A stretch of 64,000 bases of DNA, from the NCBI RefSeq assembly GCF_902713615.1, contig NW_024055476.1, positions 124,001 to 188,000 on the forward strand, read 5' to 3'. The notes under the pieces were generated by a model that worked only from the letters and a program-made list of their open reading frames with translations, had not been told where the DNA came from and made no database searches. Both the position numbers and the translations under genes were made by a program. Shown here piece by piece: positions 24,320-38,726 of the stretch. How positions within the stretch are numbered: position 1 is the stretch's first letter; each line of letters opens with the position of its first letter. The stretch is from Scyliorhinus canicula (lineage: Eukaryota).

Positions 24320-24650
24320 TATCATAGAATTTACAGTGCAGAAGGAGGTCATTCGGCTCATCGAATCAGCACGGGCCCTTACAAAGTGCACCCTACTGAA
24401 GCCCACGCCGCCACCCTATCCCCGTAATCCAGTAACCCCCACTTAACATTTTGTGGACACAAAGGGCAATTTAGCATGGCCAATCCACCTAACCTGCATA
24501 ATTTTGGACTGTGGGAGGAAAGCAGATCACCCGGAGGAAACACTCACAGGCACGGGGAGAACGTGCTGACTCCGCACAGACAGTGGTCCAGCGGGGAATC
24601 GAATCTGGGACCCTGGAGCTGTGAGGCAACTGTTCTACACACTATGCTAA
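24320..24650 (-). mobile_element. V-SINE/HE1-like SINE
   Basis: Reverse complement of the family at 414-741. Confidence 0.7.
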
Positions 24651-25598
24651 TCACTATGCATATACCGATATTAAGGACATCTCGGAAACTGGAAACTTAC
24701 GCCCAGTCATACAGATCGACATAACTTTAAATCAATTCACTTTAACCTTATGCACTTTTATTCCTCGACTTTTACAGACGGACTATGTCAGCAACTCAAT
24801 GTCCGGTGTTGTTAAGAAGGACGTTCAGTGCAGTTAGATTGTGAATATACAGACCAGGTTACAGAAACGAGGCTTTATGCACTGGTCTAGTGTTCCGGAT
24901 GGGGGCAAGCGACGTTATATTGTCTTATTTTTCCACCTCTTTCTGGAATTCCTGATTTCATTTCGGACATTGCGTTTCTCACTGAACCCCTTTGTTTCTC
25001 TCACTGTCTATCTCACTGCTTCTCCTGTTCCCTCTTCGTTGGTCTCCCTTCGTTTTCCCGTCTGTATGACCTCTACATATTTGCATGTGTTCCCTTCAGT
25101 GTTTCTTAACCATATTTTCAACTATTCCCCTTCCTGCCCCCGTCTCTCCTTCGTTTCTCTCACTGTCTGCCCCAACCTGCCTCTCTCTCATTTCCATCAT
25201 TCCCTTTCCTCAGATTTATATCCCTGTATATCCAACGGGGTTGTCCTATCTCTGTCTCCGTATCTATCACGGTTTCTTCTTCTGATTCACTCACTGTCTC
25301 CCTTTCATATGTCGTATTTCTCCATGTTGGATATCAAATATTAAATATTTTTCTCAGCATTTCTATTATAATATCTTTCATTCACAACATGGTATCAATA
25401 CTCCAAACACAGCCTCACATTATCTTACCAGTGTTGTACCTGTTGCTTTCGGCTTGTTAATAATTCGGATTTATTTTGAATAAGAACAATCTGCTGATAG
25501 GTTTACAAAGTCCAGGTGTTCCTGCTCTGCCCGCTATTCCCTTTGTTACGCTGCGGCAGTGTTTTTGTCCGAGGCTCCCACTAGTTGTTGTCACTGTC

Positions 25599-26123
25599 TC
25601 CCAGTCCGCAGTAATACACCGTGCTGTCAAACAGCCGCAGCTCCCGGATGGTGAATTTCCCCTCACTTTTCATCCTGTTTAGGGATGCAGAAATTCGAGT
25701 CCCCACGCCCTTTGCTCTGATAACATCTCCATAATTAGGGATGTAGATCAAGAATGCAGTGGTTCTATCCCGATCCTGACGGTATAGCTGTAAAGAATAT
25801 GCAATATTTGTTGTCGAATATTTGAAATCAATGGTCATCGATTCTCCTGCAAACTTTGTGGCTGTAACCGGCTCTTGTGAGACAGAATCTGCACCACTCG
25901 CACCTGCAAACAATTAGAAACAAGGACTTTAACTTTTTATATCACCTTTTAAGAAACAATGTGATCAACGTAATTGTGGATATTACAAATAGAAGGAAAA
26001 CACAGTTGAAGGGTAAGATGTATATGTCAGTCTCCTGAACAAGTTTGAGATTGTGTAACTTGGGAACTTACCAGTTAGGAGATTGGCTGTTGTTAAGAAT
26101 GAGTAAAAGATAATGCACAACAT
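25599..26123 (-). pseudogene. TCR V segment V3 (open frame, defective RSS, Cys23>Phe, Trp41>Leu)
   Basis: Leader 26072-26123 MLCIIFYSFLTTANLLT|gtaagt; exon 25599-25903 ...TIDFKYS...LQLYRQ...VYYCGLG; heptamer reads GACAGTG, 23 spacer, nonamer ACAAAAACA (25560-25598). Confidence 0.82.
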
Positions 26124-27222
26124 GTTCACGGAGCTGATGGTGGATTTGAACACAGTGAGTTACAGCTGAATTGTTGTAATGAAGAATTCAGAAGACGTTG
26201 AGTGATATCCGGCGTCACAACCGATTGGTTCATTCCTGACAAAGCCAACAGGTGACACCCAATCAGGTCACGGCTCCTTTGTCGTACGTTTCATCCAATT
26301 AGATCCATTTATTTGTTCTCCAATCCATGACGTCTGAGCGAGGAGCACGGTACCACTTGCACCTGTTGCCAGAACAATGAATTGAACAGAACATCAGACG
26401 ATAAGGAACAGGAGCTGCAGTGGACCATTTGTCCCATCACTTGGACCTACTCCGCAATTCATGATTCAAGATCATGGTTGATCAATCTCACATCTACCTT
26501 CCTACCCCACATCCTTTATTTCCCGGAATATTCACAAATCCATCAACTGTCTCGACAAAACTAAACGACTGACTAACCTTTGACACAGGGAGAGCATTAA
26601 AGTGAATGTTGGCCCTTTTGCAGATTGAATTTTGAGAATGGACACTGATAGGTGTTACTTAATGTTGTGATAACAGCGTAAGAGTCTACTAGACAGCTAG
26701 TCAGGAACCTCGGAAAATACTATTCAGCGCCACAGAAAGAAATTATTCGGGCGAACTGCTCGTTATAATGTTGTTTTGTTTATATTGACAGTTCACAATT
26801 CAGGTCACAGAACTGGTTCAGAGAGGAGGATTTTTTGATTCTTTCATCTGACGTCGGCGTAGCAGGCTGTGCGTTTATTGTCCATCCCTAATTGTCCTTG
26901 GGGGCAGTTAAGAGTGAACCACATTGCTGTGGGTCTGGAGTCACGTGTAGGCCTGACCAGGTAAGGATGGCAGATTTATTTCCCTACATTAGTGAATCAG
27001 ATTTTTTTTTAACGAGAATCAACAATGGTTCCATGATCGCCATTAGACCTTTAATTTCAGATTCAAATGTAGCCATCTGCTGTGATGTGATTGAACCTGC
27101 CCCCAGGGCATTTTTATGGGTCTCTGGTTTACTAGTCCAGTGATAATACCACTCCGCCACCGCCTCACCAAGAGTGCCTTGCAGGTTTGTGTGAAGACTG
27201 ACTGTGTCTCTGCAATAATGTG

Positions 27223-27656
27223 GGACTCAACGCACAGTGATACACGACAGAGTCAGAGACTGTAACCACTGTGATATTTAAAGAAACTGCTGTCTTGTCT
27301 TGGTCTAAATCAGCCGAAAACTGGTCTGGGAAATCTGAAGACTTTTCCCCATCCCCCGTATTGCATTTCAGTAAATATCTCGGAGCTTCTCCTGGATACT
27401 GGATGTACCAGAAGAGAGTCTGGCCAGGGTATTCCGTTTTGTAACTGCAGATCAATTTTGCCGTCCATCCATCCTGAACCGTTAATTCAGGCGGCTCCTG
27501 GGAAACTAAATCTTGGCCATTGGTTCCTGTAACAACAGATAGAACGTGTGAGAACTCTGTGAGTAACATGACCCATGAAACACAGTCTGAGGATTTGAGC
27601 TCAGACTCACCGGGCAGCAAGACGTTTATTATAAGTAAAGCACACAGGGAGCACGT
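27223..27656 (-). pseudogene. TCR V segment V4 (start codon ACG, weak heptamer)
   Basis: Leader 27611-27656 begins ACG where paralog V7 has ATG, and there is an in-frame TGA upstream; exon 27223-27526 open (KLICSY..LFWYIQYPG..VVYHCALSP); RSS CACATTA-23-ACACAAACC (27184-27222). Confidence 0.8.
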
Positions 27657-28049
27657 GGTTCCTGATGGACAGTAAACAGCGATACTGTTTCAAATATGTT
27701 ACTGTTTAAAGTGTGAGATCAAAAGGTACACTCAGATCAGAGGCCATGATGTGGAGATGCCGGCGTTGGACTGTGGTGGACATAGTAAAAAATCTTACAA
27801 CACCAGGTTAAATTCCAACAGGTTTGTTGGGAATCACTAGCTTTCGAAGCACAGCTCCTTCATCAGGTGAGTCATTCTGTGGGAGGAAACGCACGCAGAC
27901 AGGGGGAGAATGTTCAAACTCTATACAGACTGTCACCTAGAATTGAACGCGGGACCTTGGAGCTGTGAGGCAGCAGTACCACTTTGCCTCCCTGTGATTG
28001 TCGACCCGCTCCAGTTTTTGTATGCCCCGCCGGGCCCTCATTCACTGTG

Positions 28050-28529
28050 GGTCTCAGCGCGCAGTAATACACGGCGCTGTCTGTCATCTTCAAATCTGTC
28101 ACAGACAAGTGAAAAGTGCTTTGCGTCTGGTTGAGTTTCCCGCTGAAGTGTTCAAAGCTGGGAGCCGTCTGTTTAAATCCATTATCAACTCTGAGCAGAT
28201 ACTGAGGAGATCGGTGTGGATACTGACGATACCAGAACAGATAATATACTATAGCTGAATTCGATACCGAGTAACTACAGGGCATTGCTGAATCGTCACC
28301 CTCTTCTGCGTCGACTCCTCGTTCTACCTGGGATACGGTGTCTCCCTTACTCATCCCTGAAATTAAACAACAAAAATACAGCGGGTTAAACGAATTAACA
28401 TGGGGACGACGTGTACCCGAAGATAGAAATGTAAATAAATATACGATTTGGGTAATTTAGGACAGGGGTTCAATATAACCGACCTGTTACCAGGACAATA
28501 ACCAGAGACAGACAGAGTTTCACCCCCAT
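28050..28529 (-). CDS. TCR V segment V5 (intact frame, RSS spacer only 21 nt)
   Basis: Leader 28484-28529 MGVKLCLSLVIVLVT|gtcggt; exon 28050-28356 ..AMPCSY..LFWYRQYP..DSAVYYCALRP; RSS CACAGTG-21-ACAAAAACT (28013-28049). Confidence 0.87.
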
Positions 28530-29909
28530 GGCTCCAGTCTGAAGTCCAGAAACAGAGACAGTGATCACTGTCTGCAGCAGTCCTGCAATTGCGGAAGTTC
28601 AAACATTCAGAGGGATGTCATGAGGTTAAATGCGATTTCTTCTCTCCGCCCATTTTCACGTCCTAAAATAGTCGCTTCCCCGGAGAAGGGAAACATGCTC
28701 TTTCATAAGCGATTAGAGAGCGCCCTCCCGTGGAAAACACGGCGCAAATTGAAAACAGACACACGGCCACTGCAAAGACATAAACTATAAAGAGACAACC
28801 ATACAGACATAAGTTCCAACGTGCGTTGACATAAAACCAGAAGTGCTTTGGAGATTTTTGATATATTTAGTCTGAGTTGCTAACGATGAAAATACCTGAA
28901 TAAATGTGCCTCCCATGTTCACCAGAAGCCTCGAACATATCGGAGAATCGACAGAAATATAGACACAGAGACAAGTAACCATACTGATAGATCCCCAAAC
29001 TGATCTACTAAAACATAGATACAGAGATCAACACTTAAATCGATAAATAAACAGAGTAACAGCGCCATAGATACAGAACCTTCGAATTTTCAGAGTGAGC
29101 TTTCTGAAATGGAATTCCCTGAGGTTGTGTCAGTGTGGTAATGTCGGGGAGATATCCGTTGCCATTAAATTGTGCATTTTAGCAACATGAACATCCATGG
29201 AATGTATTTGTCATTAACCGTGATCATGAATTTCTACATGCGACCAGATTGTGGACCCATTCGTAGAATCAGTGTTCGGGAATGCATGTATGTTTTACAG
29301 ACAAGCGCATTCTCGAAGCTTCCGTAACATGAGGGAGATTAGAGTAAGACAACCATTCTCGGAGACATGCTATCGGATTTCAAGGAGAAAGGCTTCCTTG
29401 ATCGGTAGATTGTGTCTCAGGATAGAATAGTGCGGCTAACATCGAATTTGGAGTTTTGCTTCTCAGAATCGTACCCTGTACAATTGTATCGGGGCTAGTT
29501 TAGCACAGGGCTAAATCGCTGGCTTTTAAAGCAGACCAAGGCAGGCCAGCAGCACGGTTGAAATCCCGTACCAGCCTCCCCGAACAGGCGCCGGAATGTG
29601 GCGACTAGGGGTTTTTCACAGTAACTGAAGCCGACTTGTGAAAATAAGCGATTTTCATTTAATTTCATGATATTGCTATTTGGTTGTTTCATTTATGTTT
29701 ACAGCTTTGTCTGTTTGTCCATTCCACTGTCGATACAACCTCTTCTATTTACCAATCTACTGTTGTATTAATTTTGGTCTCTGTTTACCGATCCAAATCT
29801 ATCTATAACTCCAGTTATCTCCCTCGTCTTGTCAATCTCACACAAATTAACGCCTGTCTCCGAAGGAAGGGATTCATGTAAAGGAGCAAAAGGTTATCAG
29901 GTTAAATAT

Positions 29910-30297
29910 NNNNNNNNNNNNNNNNNNNNNNNNNNNNNNNNNNNNNNNNNNNNNNNNNNNNNNNNNNNNNNNNNNNNNNNNNNNNNNNNNNNNNNNNNNN
30001 NNNNNNNNNNNNNNNNNNNNNNNNNNNNNNNNNNNNNNNNNNNNNNNNNNNNNNNNNNNNNNNNNNNNNNNNNNNNNNNNNNNNNNNNNNNNNNNNNNNN
30101 NNNNNNNNNNNNNNNNNNNNNNNNNNNNNNNNNNNNNNNNNNNNNNNNNNNNNNNNNNNNNNNNNNNNNNNNNNNNNNNNNNNNNNNNNNNNNNNNNNNN
30201 NNNNNNNNNNNNNNNNNNNNNNNNNNNNNNNNNNNNNNNNNNNNNNNNNNNNNNNNNNNNNNNNNNNNNNNNNNNNNNNNNNNNNNNNNNNNNNNNN
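29910..30297. other. Assembly gap (388 N)
   Basis: N run. Confidence 0.99.
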
Positions 30298-32175
30298 TAC
30301 ATCCCTGGCCTTGTATTCTAGCCCTCTTGACATGAATGCAAACATTGCATTTTCCTTCCTAACTGCCGACTGAATCTGCACGTTAACCTTAAAAGAATCG
30401 TGAACAAAGACTTGCAAGTCCCTTTGTGCTTCTCATTTCCGAAGCATTTCCCCATTTAGAAAATAGTCTATGCCTAAATTCCTTCTTCCAAAGTGCATAA
30501 CCTCACACTTTTCCACGTTACATTTCATCTACCACTTCATTGCCCACTCTCGTAGTCTATCCAAATCCTTCTGCAGCCCGCGTGCTTCCTCAATACTACC
30601 TGTCCCTCTACAGATCTTTGTATCAACTGCAACTTAACAACCGTGCCTTCAGTACCTTCTTCCAGATCATTAATGTATGTTGTGAAAAGTTGTGGTCCCG
30701 GCTCAGACCCCTGAGGCACACCTCTAGTCACCAGCTGCCATCCTGAAAACGACCCCTTTATCCTCATTCTCTGCCTTCTGGCAGTCAGCCAATCCTCTTT
30801 CCATGCCAGGATCTTGTCCTTAACACCATGGTCTCTTAACTTATTTAACAAACATCTATGTGGCTCCTTATTAAACGGCTTCTGGAAATCTAAATAAATG
30901 ACGTCCACTGGTTCTCCTTTGTCTAACATCCTTGTCACATCCTCAAAGAACTCTAACAGATTTGGCAGACATGACCTCCCTTTGACAAAGCCATGCTGAC
31001 TCAGTCCTGTTTTGCCATGCACTTCCAAGTACTCCACGATCATATTTTTAATAGCAGATTCTAAAATCTTACCAATGACCGAAATCCGGCTAACCGGCCT
31101 ATAATTTTCCGTCTTCTGCCTCCCTCCATTCTTAAACAGTGATGTTACATTCGCCACTTTCCAGTCATCTTGGACCCTTCTTGCCTCTAGTAGCTCCTGA
31201 AAGATTACCACCTATGCCTCCACCATCTCCTCAGTTATCTCTGGGGTGTAGTCCATCCAGTCAAGGTGACTTATCCACCTTCCGACCCTTCAGTTTCTCC
31301 AGAACCTGCTCCTTAGTGATGGCCACTGCACGTACCTCTGCTCCCTGATTCTCTTGGGGCTCTGGCACCCCAGTCTTCCACCGTGAAGACTGATGCAAAG
31401 TAACTATTCAGTTCGTCTGCCATTTCTTTGTTTCCTATTATTACTTCTCCAGCCACGTTTTCCAATGATTTAACATCTATTTTTGCCTCTCTCTTACCTT
31501 TTATATGTTGAGAAAAACTATTCCTATTTTATTTTATATTACTAGCCAGCTTGCACTAAAATTTCATCTTCTCTCCACTTATTGCTTTTTTAGTTGCCCT
31601 CTGCTCGCCTTTAAAGACTTCCCAATCCATTGGCTTCTCACCAATCCTCGCCACTTTGTCTGCTTTTTCTTTTGCTTCTCTGCTACCCTTGACTTCCCAC
31701 GGCAACCATGGATGCCTTGTTCTCCCCTTAGCATGTTTCCTCCTCCTTGGGTTGAATTTGTGCCTCCCGAATAACCCCCCAAAACTCCTGCCATTGCGGT
31801 TCCACTGTCAACTCTGATACGCTATTCTTCCAATCAACTTTGGCCAGCTCCTCTCTTATGTCTTTGTAGTTACCCTTATTGAATTGTAATACCGTTACAT
31901 CTGATTCCAGCTTCTCCCTCTCAAACTGCAGGGTACATTCTATCATATGGTGGTAATTGCTCCCGAAGGGTTTATTCACCTCAAGATCCCTAATCAAGTC
32001 TGCCTCAATATACATCACCAAATCCAGAAATGCCTGATCCCTAGTGGGCTCTACCACAGTGGCTCCAAAAAAAATCTCTTAAACACCCCAAAAATTTATT
32101 TTCTTTGAATCCACTACCAACCTGATTTCTCCAATCTACCTGCATATTGGCCCCCCATGATTATTGTGATATTGC
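30298..32175 (-). mobile_element. CR1 LINE ORF2 fragment (EN end to RT)
   Basis: ORFs 31728-32057 and 30537-31211: 'DWKVANVTSLFK.G.RQK.ENYRPVS', 'SQHGFVKGRSCL.NLLEFFE', 'YLDFQK', 'GVPQGS..GP'. Confidence 0.9.
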
Positions 32176-32894
32176 CTTTTTTACGTGCACTGCCACCTCA
32201 TAGCACTAGGGACCTGGGGTCAATTCCGACCTTGGGTAACTGTCTGTGGAGTTTGCACGTTCTCCTCATCTGCATGGGTTTCCTCCGGGGGCTCCGGTTT
32301 CTTCCCACAATCCAAACCGAACGACTTCAGGAATGAGTTAGGATTCTGTCTTACCCTCACCAGCTTCACTCATGTCATACACCCAGGACATGCTTGTCTG
32401 CAAAACATAAACGCATCTATTGAAACCTATTATCCGGAAGGGTCGACAGTATGGTCATTTTTGTAAATCAACGATCATGGTTATTGAGAAATACATTCCT
32501 GGATGGTCATGTTGCAAAAATGTATAGTTCCATAGAAATTAATGTGCAACACAATATTGCCACACTGACACAACCTCAGGGAATTCCATTTCGGAGAGCT
32601 CACTTTGAAAAGTCGATGGTTTTCCGCAGCCTCTCTGATCTTTGCTCTTTTATGTGTCTATGGTTGTCTTAACCAGTTTTATTATCTACTGCAGTGTTTG
32701 TCTCTGTGTCCGTGCTTGTGTTGTTTCTTTGCTATAATCGAGGCTTCTGGTGAACACGGGAGGCGGACATATTCACTTACGTTTATTGTTAGCAACTCGT
32801 GTTTCAAGAATCTCCAGAGCACTTCTGGAGTTAGGTCAACGTATGTTGCAACTTATGTCATAGTCTGTGCGTGTCGGATTGGTTGTTTATCTCT

Positions 32895-33514
32895 ATGACC
32901 AAGAAAGCACAACAGTGCCTATACTTCCTCGGGAAACTAAGGAACTTCGGCATATCCGTACTGACTCTTACTAACTTTTACAGATGCACCAGAGAAAGCT
33001 TCCTATCTGGCTGGTCCAATGCCTGGTATGGCAACAGCTCGGCCCAAGACCGTAAGAAACCACAGAAAGTCGTAAACACAGCCCAGTCCATCCTGCGAAC
33101 CCACCTCCCATCTAATGACTCTTTCTACACCTCCCGCTGTCTTGGGAAAGCGGGCAGCATAATAAAATAACACAGCTCCGCAACCACCGAGGTTATTCTC
33201 TCTTCCAACCTTTTCCACCGGCCAGAAGATACAGAAGTCTGAGAACAGGCACTAACAGATTAAAAAACAGGTCCTTCCCCGCTGTTACCAGACTCCTGAA
33301 TGTACCTTTTATGGACTCAACTGATCTCTCCAAACATCTCTGCTGTTGCAGCAATTTACTCAGTATGCTGCATCTGGTGTCTATGTATTTATATTGTGTA
33401 TTTATCGTGTGTCCTATGTTTTTTCATGTATTGAACGATCTCTCTGGACTGTACGCAGAACGATAATTTTCACTGTACCTCGGTACACGTGATAAGAAAT
33501 CTAAATCTAAATCT
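32895..33514 (+). mobile_element. Rex1/Babar-type LINE 3' fragment
   Basis: 'KKAQQCLYFLGKLRNFG...NFYRC'; (AATCTA)n tail; same family as 7165-7963. Confidence 0.78.
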
Positions 33515-33773
33515 ACGTGTGCATCTTCGCATGGGGCCGTGTTCCCGTATCCAATATGGGGTAGTGCTGTCCACTAGAGAGCGCGTTCTGATCATATATG
33601 AAAGATAGCGACCCTTTCTGGGGAAAGCGACTGCTTGAAGACGTAAAAATGGGGCGGAGAAAATAGGTCGTATTCGACCTCACAACATCCCTCTGACTAT
33701 TTGAACTTCTCCAATTGTAGGTCTGGTGCAGACAGTGATCACTGTCTCTGTTGCTGGAGTTCAGACTGAAACC

Positions 33774-34256
33774 ATGGAGGTGAAACACTGTCTGTCTCTG
33801 GTTATTGTCCTGATCACAGGTCGGTTATATTGAACGTCTGTTCTAAATTCCCCAATTCTCATATTTATTATAATTTCCATCTCTGCAAACCCATCCTCCT
33901 CATGTTACTCTTTGTAACCCGCTGTCTTTCTGCTGTTTATTTTTAGAGATGAGTAACGGAGAGTCAGTGTCCCAGGCAGAACAAGGAATCGACGCAGAAG
34001 AGGGTGAAGATTCAGCCATACCCTGCCGTTACTCTGTACCGAGCTCAGCTCGAGAATATGGCTTGTTCTGGTATCGCCAGTATCCATACCCAGCTCCTCA
34101 GTATGTGCTCAGAAGCGATAGTTACGGATATAAAAAGACGGCTCCCGGCTTTGAACGCTTCAGCGGGAATCATAACACGACACAAAACACTTTCACTTTG
34201 TCCCTGATAGATTTGAAGATGACAGACAGCGCCGTGTATTACTGCGCGCTGAGACC
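33774..34256 (+). CDS. TCR alpha/delta-type V segment V6, intact (inverted paralog of V5)
   Basis: Leader 33774-33819 MEVKHCLSLVIVLIT|gtcggt; exon 33947-34256 ..AIPCRY..LFWYRQYP..DSAVYYCALRP; RSS CACAGTG-23-ACACAAAAG (34257-34295). Confidence 0.9.
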
Positions 34257-34844
34257 CACAGTGAATGCGGGCCCGGCGGGGCTCATACACAAAAGTGGAG
34301 CAGGTCGTCAATCAAGCATTCGGTATCAGAAAAACACAAGGCGTTGAATCTCATTAAAAATGAAAGGGACATTGCAGCTCCATCTGAATTTTTTCCTGGC
34401 ACAGGTCAATGGTTGTCACAGTTGGGAAATGTGACAAGTGGCGGTCATATTACTCCGGGAACAAATTCAATAATTTCCCCATCCCGATTCGGGAAATTCG
34501 CACAAACATCTAGATCTCTCGGCTGAATAACTTAATGTATCTGTAAATTTAAAACTTCTGGATCAGCTGACAGTCTATCAGGCAGTATCTTTCAAAAGTG
34601 AAGTGATTACAGATTTGTCACATTTTAAATGACCTTGGGGAGAAATAATGACTGACTGATATCAGTACATCACACGAGTAGGCCCAATGGAACAGCAACT
34701 CGGTGTGGGATTGGGTGATGATTTATCTCCGGTACTCTTAAAACAGTCAGTATTAATTATGGTCATGCACTGAATGGCCTGATTAATATCTGTGCATTAG
34801 ACTGACTCTAATATATTGATCTCACCTTTCAGCTTCACGAGAGC

Positions 34845-37340
34845 AGATAGGTAGATAGATTTTGGAAAGGAGTAAAAGCAACAGGGTTGTTGTGATGGGA
34901 GACTTTAACTTCCACAATATTGACTGGGACTCACTTAGTGCTAGGGGCCTGGATACGGTAGAGTTCGTAAGGAGCATCCAGGAGGGCTTCTTAAAACAAT
35001 ATGTAGATAGTCCAACTAGGGAAGCGGCTGTACTGGACCTGGCATTGGGAAATGAGGCAGGCCAGGTGGTAGACGGTTCAGGAGGGGAGCATTTCGGGAA
35101 CAGTGACCACAATTCAGTAAGTTTTAAAGTGCTGGTGGACAAGGATAAGGGTGGTCCAAGGGTGAATGTGCTAAATTGGGGGAAGGCTAATTATAACAGT
35201 ATCAGGCGGGAACTGAAGAACCAAGATTGGGGCGGAGGTTTGAGGGTAAATCAACATCTGACGTGTGGGAGGCTTTCAACTGTCAGTTGAAAGGAATTCA
35301 GGACCGGCATGTTCCTGTGAGGAAGAAGGATAAATACGTCAAATTTCGGGAACCTTGGACAACGACAGATATTGTAGGCCTCATCAAAAAGAAAAAGTAA
35401 GCATTTGGCAGGGCTAGAAGGCTGAGAACAGAAGAAGCCTGTGTGGAATATAAGGAAAGTAGGAAGGAACTTAACCAAGGAGTCAGGGGGCTAGAAGGGA
35501 TCACGAAAAGTTATTGGAAATAGGGTTAAGGAAACTCCCAAGGCTTATTACACGTACATAAAAAGCAAGAAAATGCGGGTTAGGTGGATTGGCCATGCTA
35601 AATTGCCCTTAGTGTCCTAAAAAGTAAGGGGGGGGGGGGGGGGTTGTTGGGTTACGGGTATAGGGTGGATACGTGGGTTTGAGTAGGGTGATCATTGCTC
35701 GGCACAACATCGAGGGCCGAAGGGACTGTTCTGTGCTGTAGTGTTCCATCTATTCTATCCAAGAGGGTTGCCAGAGAAAGGGTTGGCCCACTGAAGGACA
35801 GGGGTGGGAATCTATGTGTGGAGCCAATGAAATGGGCGAGGTACTAAATTAATACTTTGCATCAGCATTCACCAAATAGAAGGAATTGGTGGATGTCGAG
35901 TCTCGAGAAGGGTGTATAGATAGTCTGAGTCACATTGAGATCCAAAAAGACGAGATGTTTGGCGTCTTGAAAAATATTAAGGTAGATAAGTCCTCAGGGT
36001 CAGATGGGATCTACCCCAGAATTCTGAAGGAGGCAAGAGAGGAAATTGTTGAGGCCTTGAAAGAAATCTTTGGATACTCACTGTCTTCAGGTAATGTCCC
36101 GGAGGAGTGGAGAAGAGCCAATGTTGTTCCTTTGTTCAAGAAGGGTAGCAAGAATAATCCAGGAATCTACAGGCTGGTTGGTAGCCTTACATCACTGGTA
36201 GGGAAATTATTTTTTCCCATTTCAGACTGGTAAAAAAGGTGGTCACACAGGATCAGAGGTGAGCTGGCAAGAGGCATTCAGAACTGGCTAGGTCATAGAA
36301 GGCAGAGAGTAGCAATGGAAGGGTGCTTTTCTGATCGCAGGGATCAGTGCTGGGAGCTTTGGTGTTCGTAGTATACATAAATTATTTGGAGGAAAATGTA
36401 ACTGGTCTGATTAGTAAGGTTAAGGACGATACAAAGGTTGGTGGAATTGCGAATGGCGATGAGGACTGTCAGAGGATACAGCAGGATTTAGATTGTTTGG
36501 AGACTTGGGCAGAGAGATGGCAGGTGGAGTTTAAGCCGGACAAATGTGAGGTAATGCATTTTGGAAGGTCTAATACAGGTACGGAATATACAGTGAATGG
36601 TAGAACCCTCAAGAGTATTGACAGTCAACGAGATCTAGGTGTACAGGTCCACAGGTCACTGAAAAGGGAAACACAGGTGGAGAAGGTAGTCAACAAGGCA
36701 TACGGCATGCTTGCCTTCATTGGTCGGGCATTGAGTACAAAAAATTGGCAAGTCATGTTGCAGCTGTATAGAACCTTAGTTAGGCCACACTTGGAGTATA
36801 GTGTTCAATTCTGGTCGCCACACGACCAGAAGGACGCGGAGGCTTTAGAGAGGGCGCAGAAGAGATTTACCAGGATGTTGCCTGGTATGGAGGGCATTAG
36901 CTATGAGGACAGTTGAATAAATTCGGTCTGTTCTCATTGGAACGACGGAGGTTGAGGGGCGACCTGATAGAGGTCTACAAAATAATGAGGGGCATAGACA
37001 GGGTGGATAGTCAGAGACTTTTTCCCAGGGTAGAGAGGTCAATTACTAGGGGCATATGTTTAAGTTGCGAGGGACAAGGTTTAGGGGAGATGCACGAGGC
37101 ACGTTTTCTACACAGAGGGTAGTAGGTGCCTAGAACTCGCTACCGGAGGAGGTGGTGGAAGCAGGGACGATAGTGGTATTTAAGGGTATATTGACAAAGA
37201 CATGAATAGGATGGGAATAGAGGGATACCGACACCGGAAGTGTAGATGTTTTTGTTTAGGCGGGCAGCATTGTCGGCGCAGGCTTGGGGGGTCGAAGGGC
37301 CTGTTCCTGTGCTGTACGTTTCTTTGTTCTTTTTTCTTTT
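34845..37340 (+). mobile_element. CR1 LINE, long 5'-truncated degenerate copy with a SINE piece inserted (~35570-35755)
   Basis: 'VVVMGDFNF..IDW', 'GSDGIYPRILKE', 'WRRANVVPLFKKG', 'DDTKVGG', 'LVRPHLEYSVQFWSP', 'LFSLERRRLRGDLIEVYKIM'; 3' tail at ~37300-37340. Confidence 0.92.
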
Positions 37341-37690
37341 GCATTGATTAGAGGTAAAGATCTACCGAAATTTCGAAGAAAAGCGAGTTACACCCAGAAA
37401 AAGCCAAAATGTCTAATAATGTGAGACAGAGAAAAGGGAACAAGACTGAAAAACACAACCGGGGGTGGAATCTGATTGGAGAGAACCAGCTGTGTTTGGT
37501 CCTCAACTAACTATGATTGGTCCACAGCGGACGGCAAGACTGAGAGACGAGCCAATCGCAGCACGGAGGAAAGCCTCAATTTCCCACTAAGTGAAGCCTT
37601 TACCTCTGGTCTGAATTGACTCTTTGCTGTGAGGCTAGAAGCAGGAACATATCTGAAACAGTGACGCTGTTAGCTGTCCAATCGGGAACC

Positions 37691-38117
37691 ATGTTTGATT
37701 TACTGATAATAATGGTCTTACTGCCCGGTGAGTCTGAGCTCAAATCCCCAGTGTGTGTTTCATGGGTTATATTTACTCACAGATTTCTGACACATTCTAT
37801 CTTGTTACAGGAACGAATGGCCAAGATTCAGTTTCCCAGGACGCGCGTGAATTAACGGTTGAGGAAGAACAGACAGCAATGTTGAACTGCAGTTACAAAA
37901 CACAATACTCCTCGCCAACTCTCTTCTGGTACATCCAGTATCCCGGGAAAGCTCCGAGATATTTACTGAAAATGTTCGGCAAGGAAAGCGGCGATAATTC
38001 ACCAGAGTTTTCTGACCGATTTTCTGCTGATTTGGACAAACACAGGAAAATCGTTCCATTAAATATCACCGGGGTCCGTGTCTCTGACTCTGCCGTGTAT
38101 CTCTGTGCGCTGATCCC
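37691..38117 (+). CDS. TCR alpha/delta-type V segment V7, intact (inverted paralog of V4)
   Basis: Leader 37691-37727 MFDLLIIMVLLP|gtgagt; exon 37811-38117 ..MLNCSY..LFWYIQYPG..DSAVYLCALIP; RSS CACACTG-23-ACAAAAACC (38118-38156). Confidence 0.9.
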
Positions 38118-38726
38118 CACACTGTTACAGAGGCACAGTCAACCCGTACAAAAACCTGCAATGCACTCTCACCTCCTCTTCACGGAATCAGATCTGTCAG
38201 TAGAATTGTGAACTGTTAATATAAATAAAACAATATTATAAAGAACAGCTGCGCGGATGATCACCTCCTAAAAATACCGAATTTATTATTCTGTGTAAAA
38301 TCCCGCTTTACATTAGTTTTCCTGAGCTCCAAGCAGCTCTGTAAATGGGAGGCTCTGGTTCTGTCAGAACAATATGAAATGTTACCAATCCGTGCCCCAT
38401 CTCAAAGATTAATCCCGATAAAGATCCAACAATTGATTTAATGCTCGTTTTGTTATTGGTCTGTAGCACAGAGAACGTAGTTGTTCAGTCGCTGAGTTTC
38501 TTCAAGGAGGGTTCCAAAGATCTGCGGATATTAAGGCAAATAAGACAGTTGTGGATGGTGCAGAAAGGAGGATATGAGTTAGATCAGCCATGATCTTATT
38601 GAATGGTGGAACAGGCCCAAGTGAAGGAGCAAATGGTCCACTGCAGCTCCTGTTTCTTATTCTCTGATGTGATTCAGTTCAGTTCCTTGTTTTGAGAAGT
38701 TTCATGCGGTTCCATTTTCCTTGTTC

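Noticed and set aside
24841-25344. 167-aa hydrophobic ORF
   Set aside because: CT-rich low-complexity DNA; no recognisable domain or splice context.
29829-30417. Long ORFs in the track
   Set aside because: They span the N gap and are artefacts.
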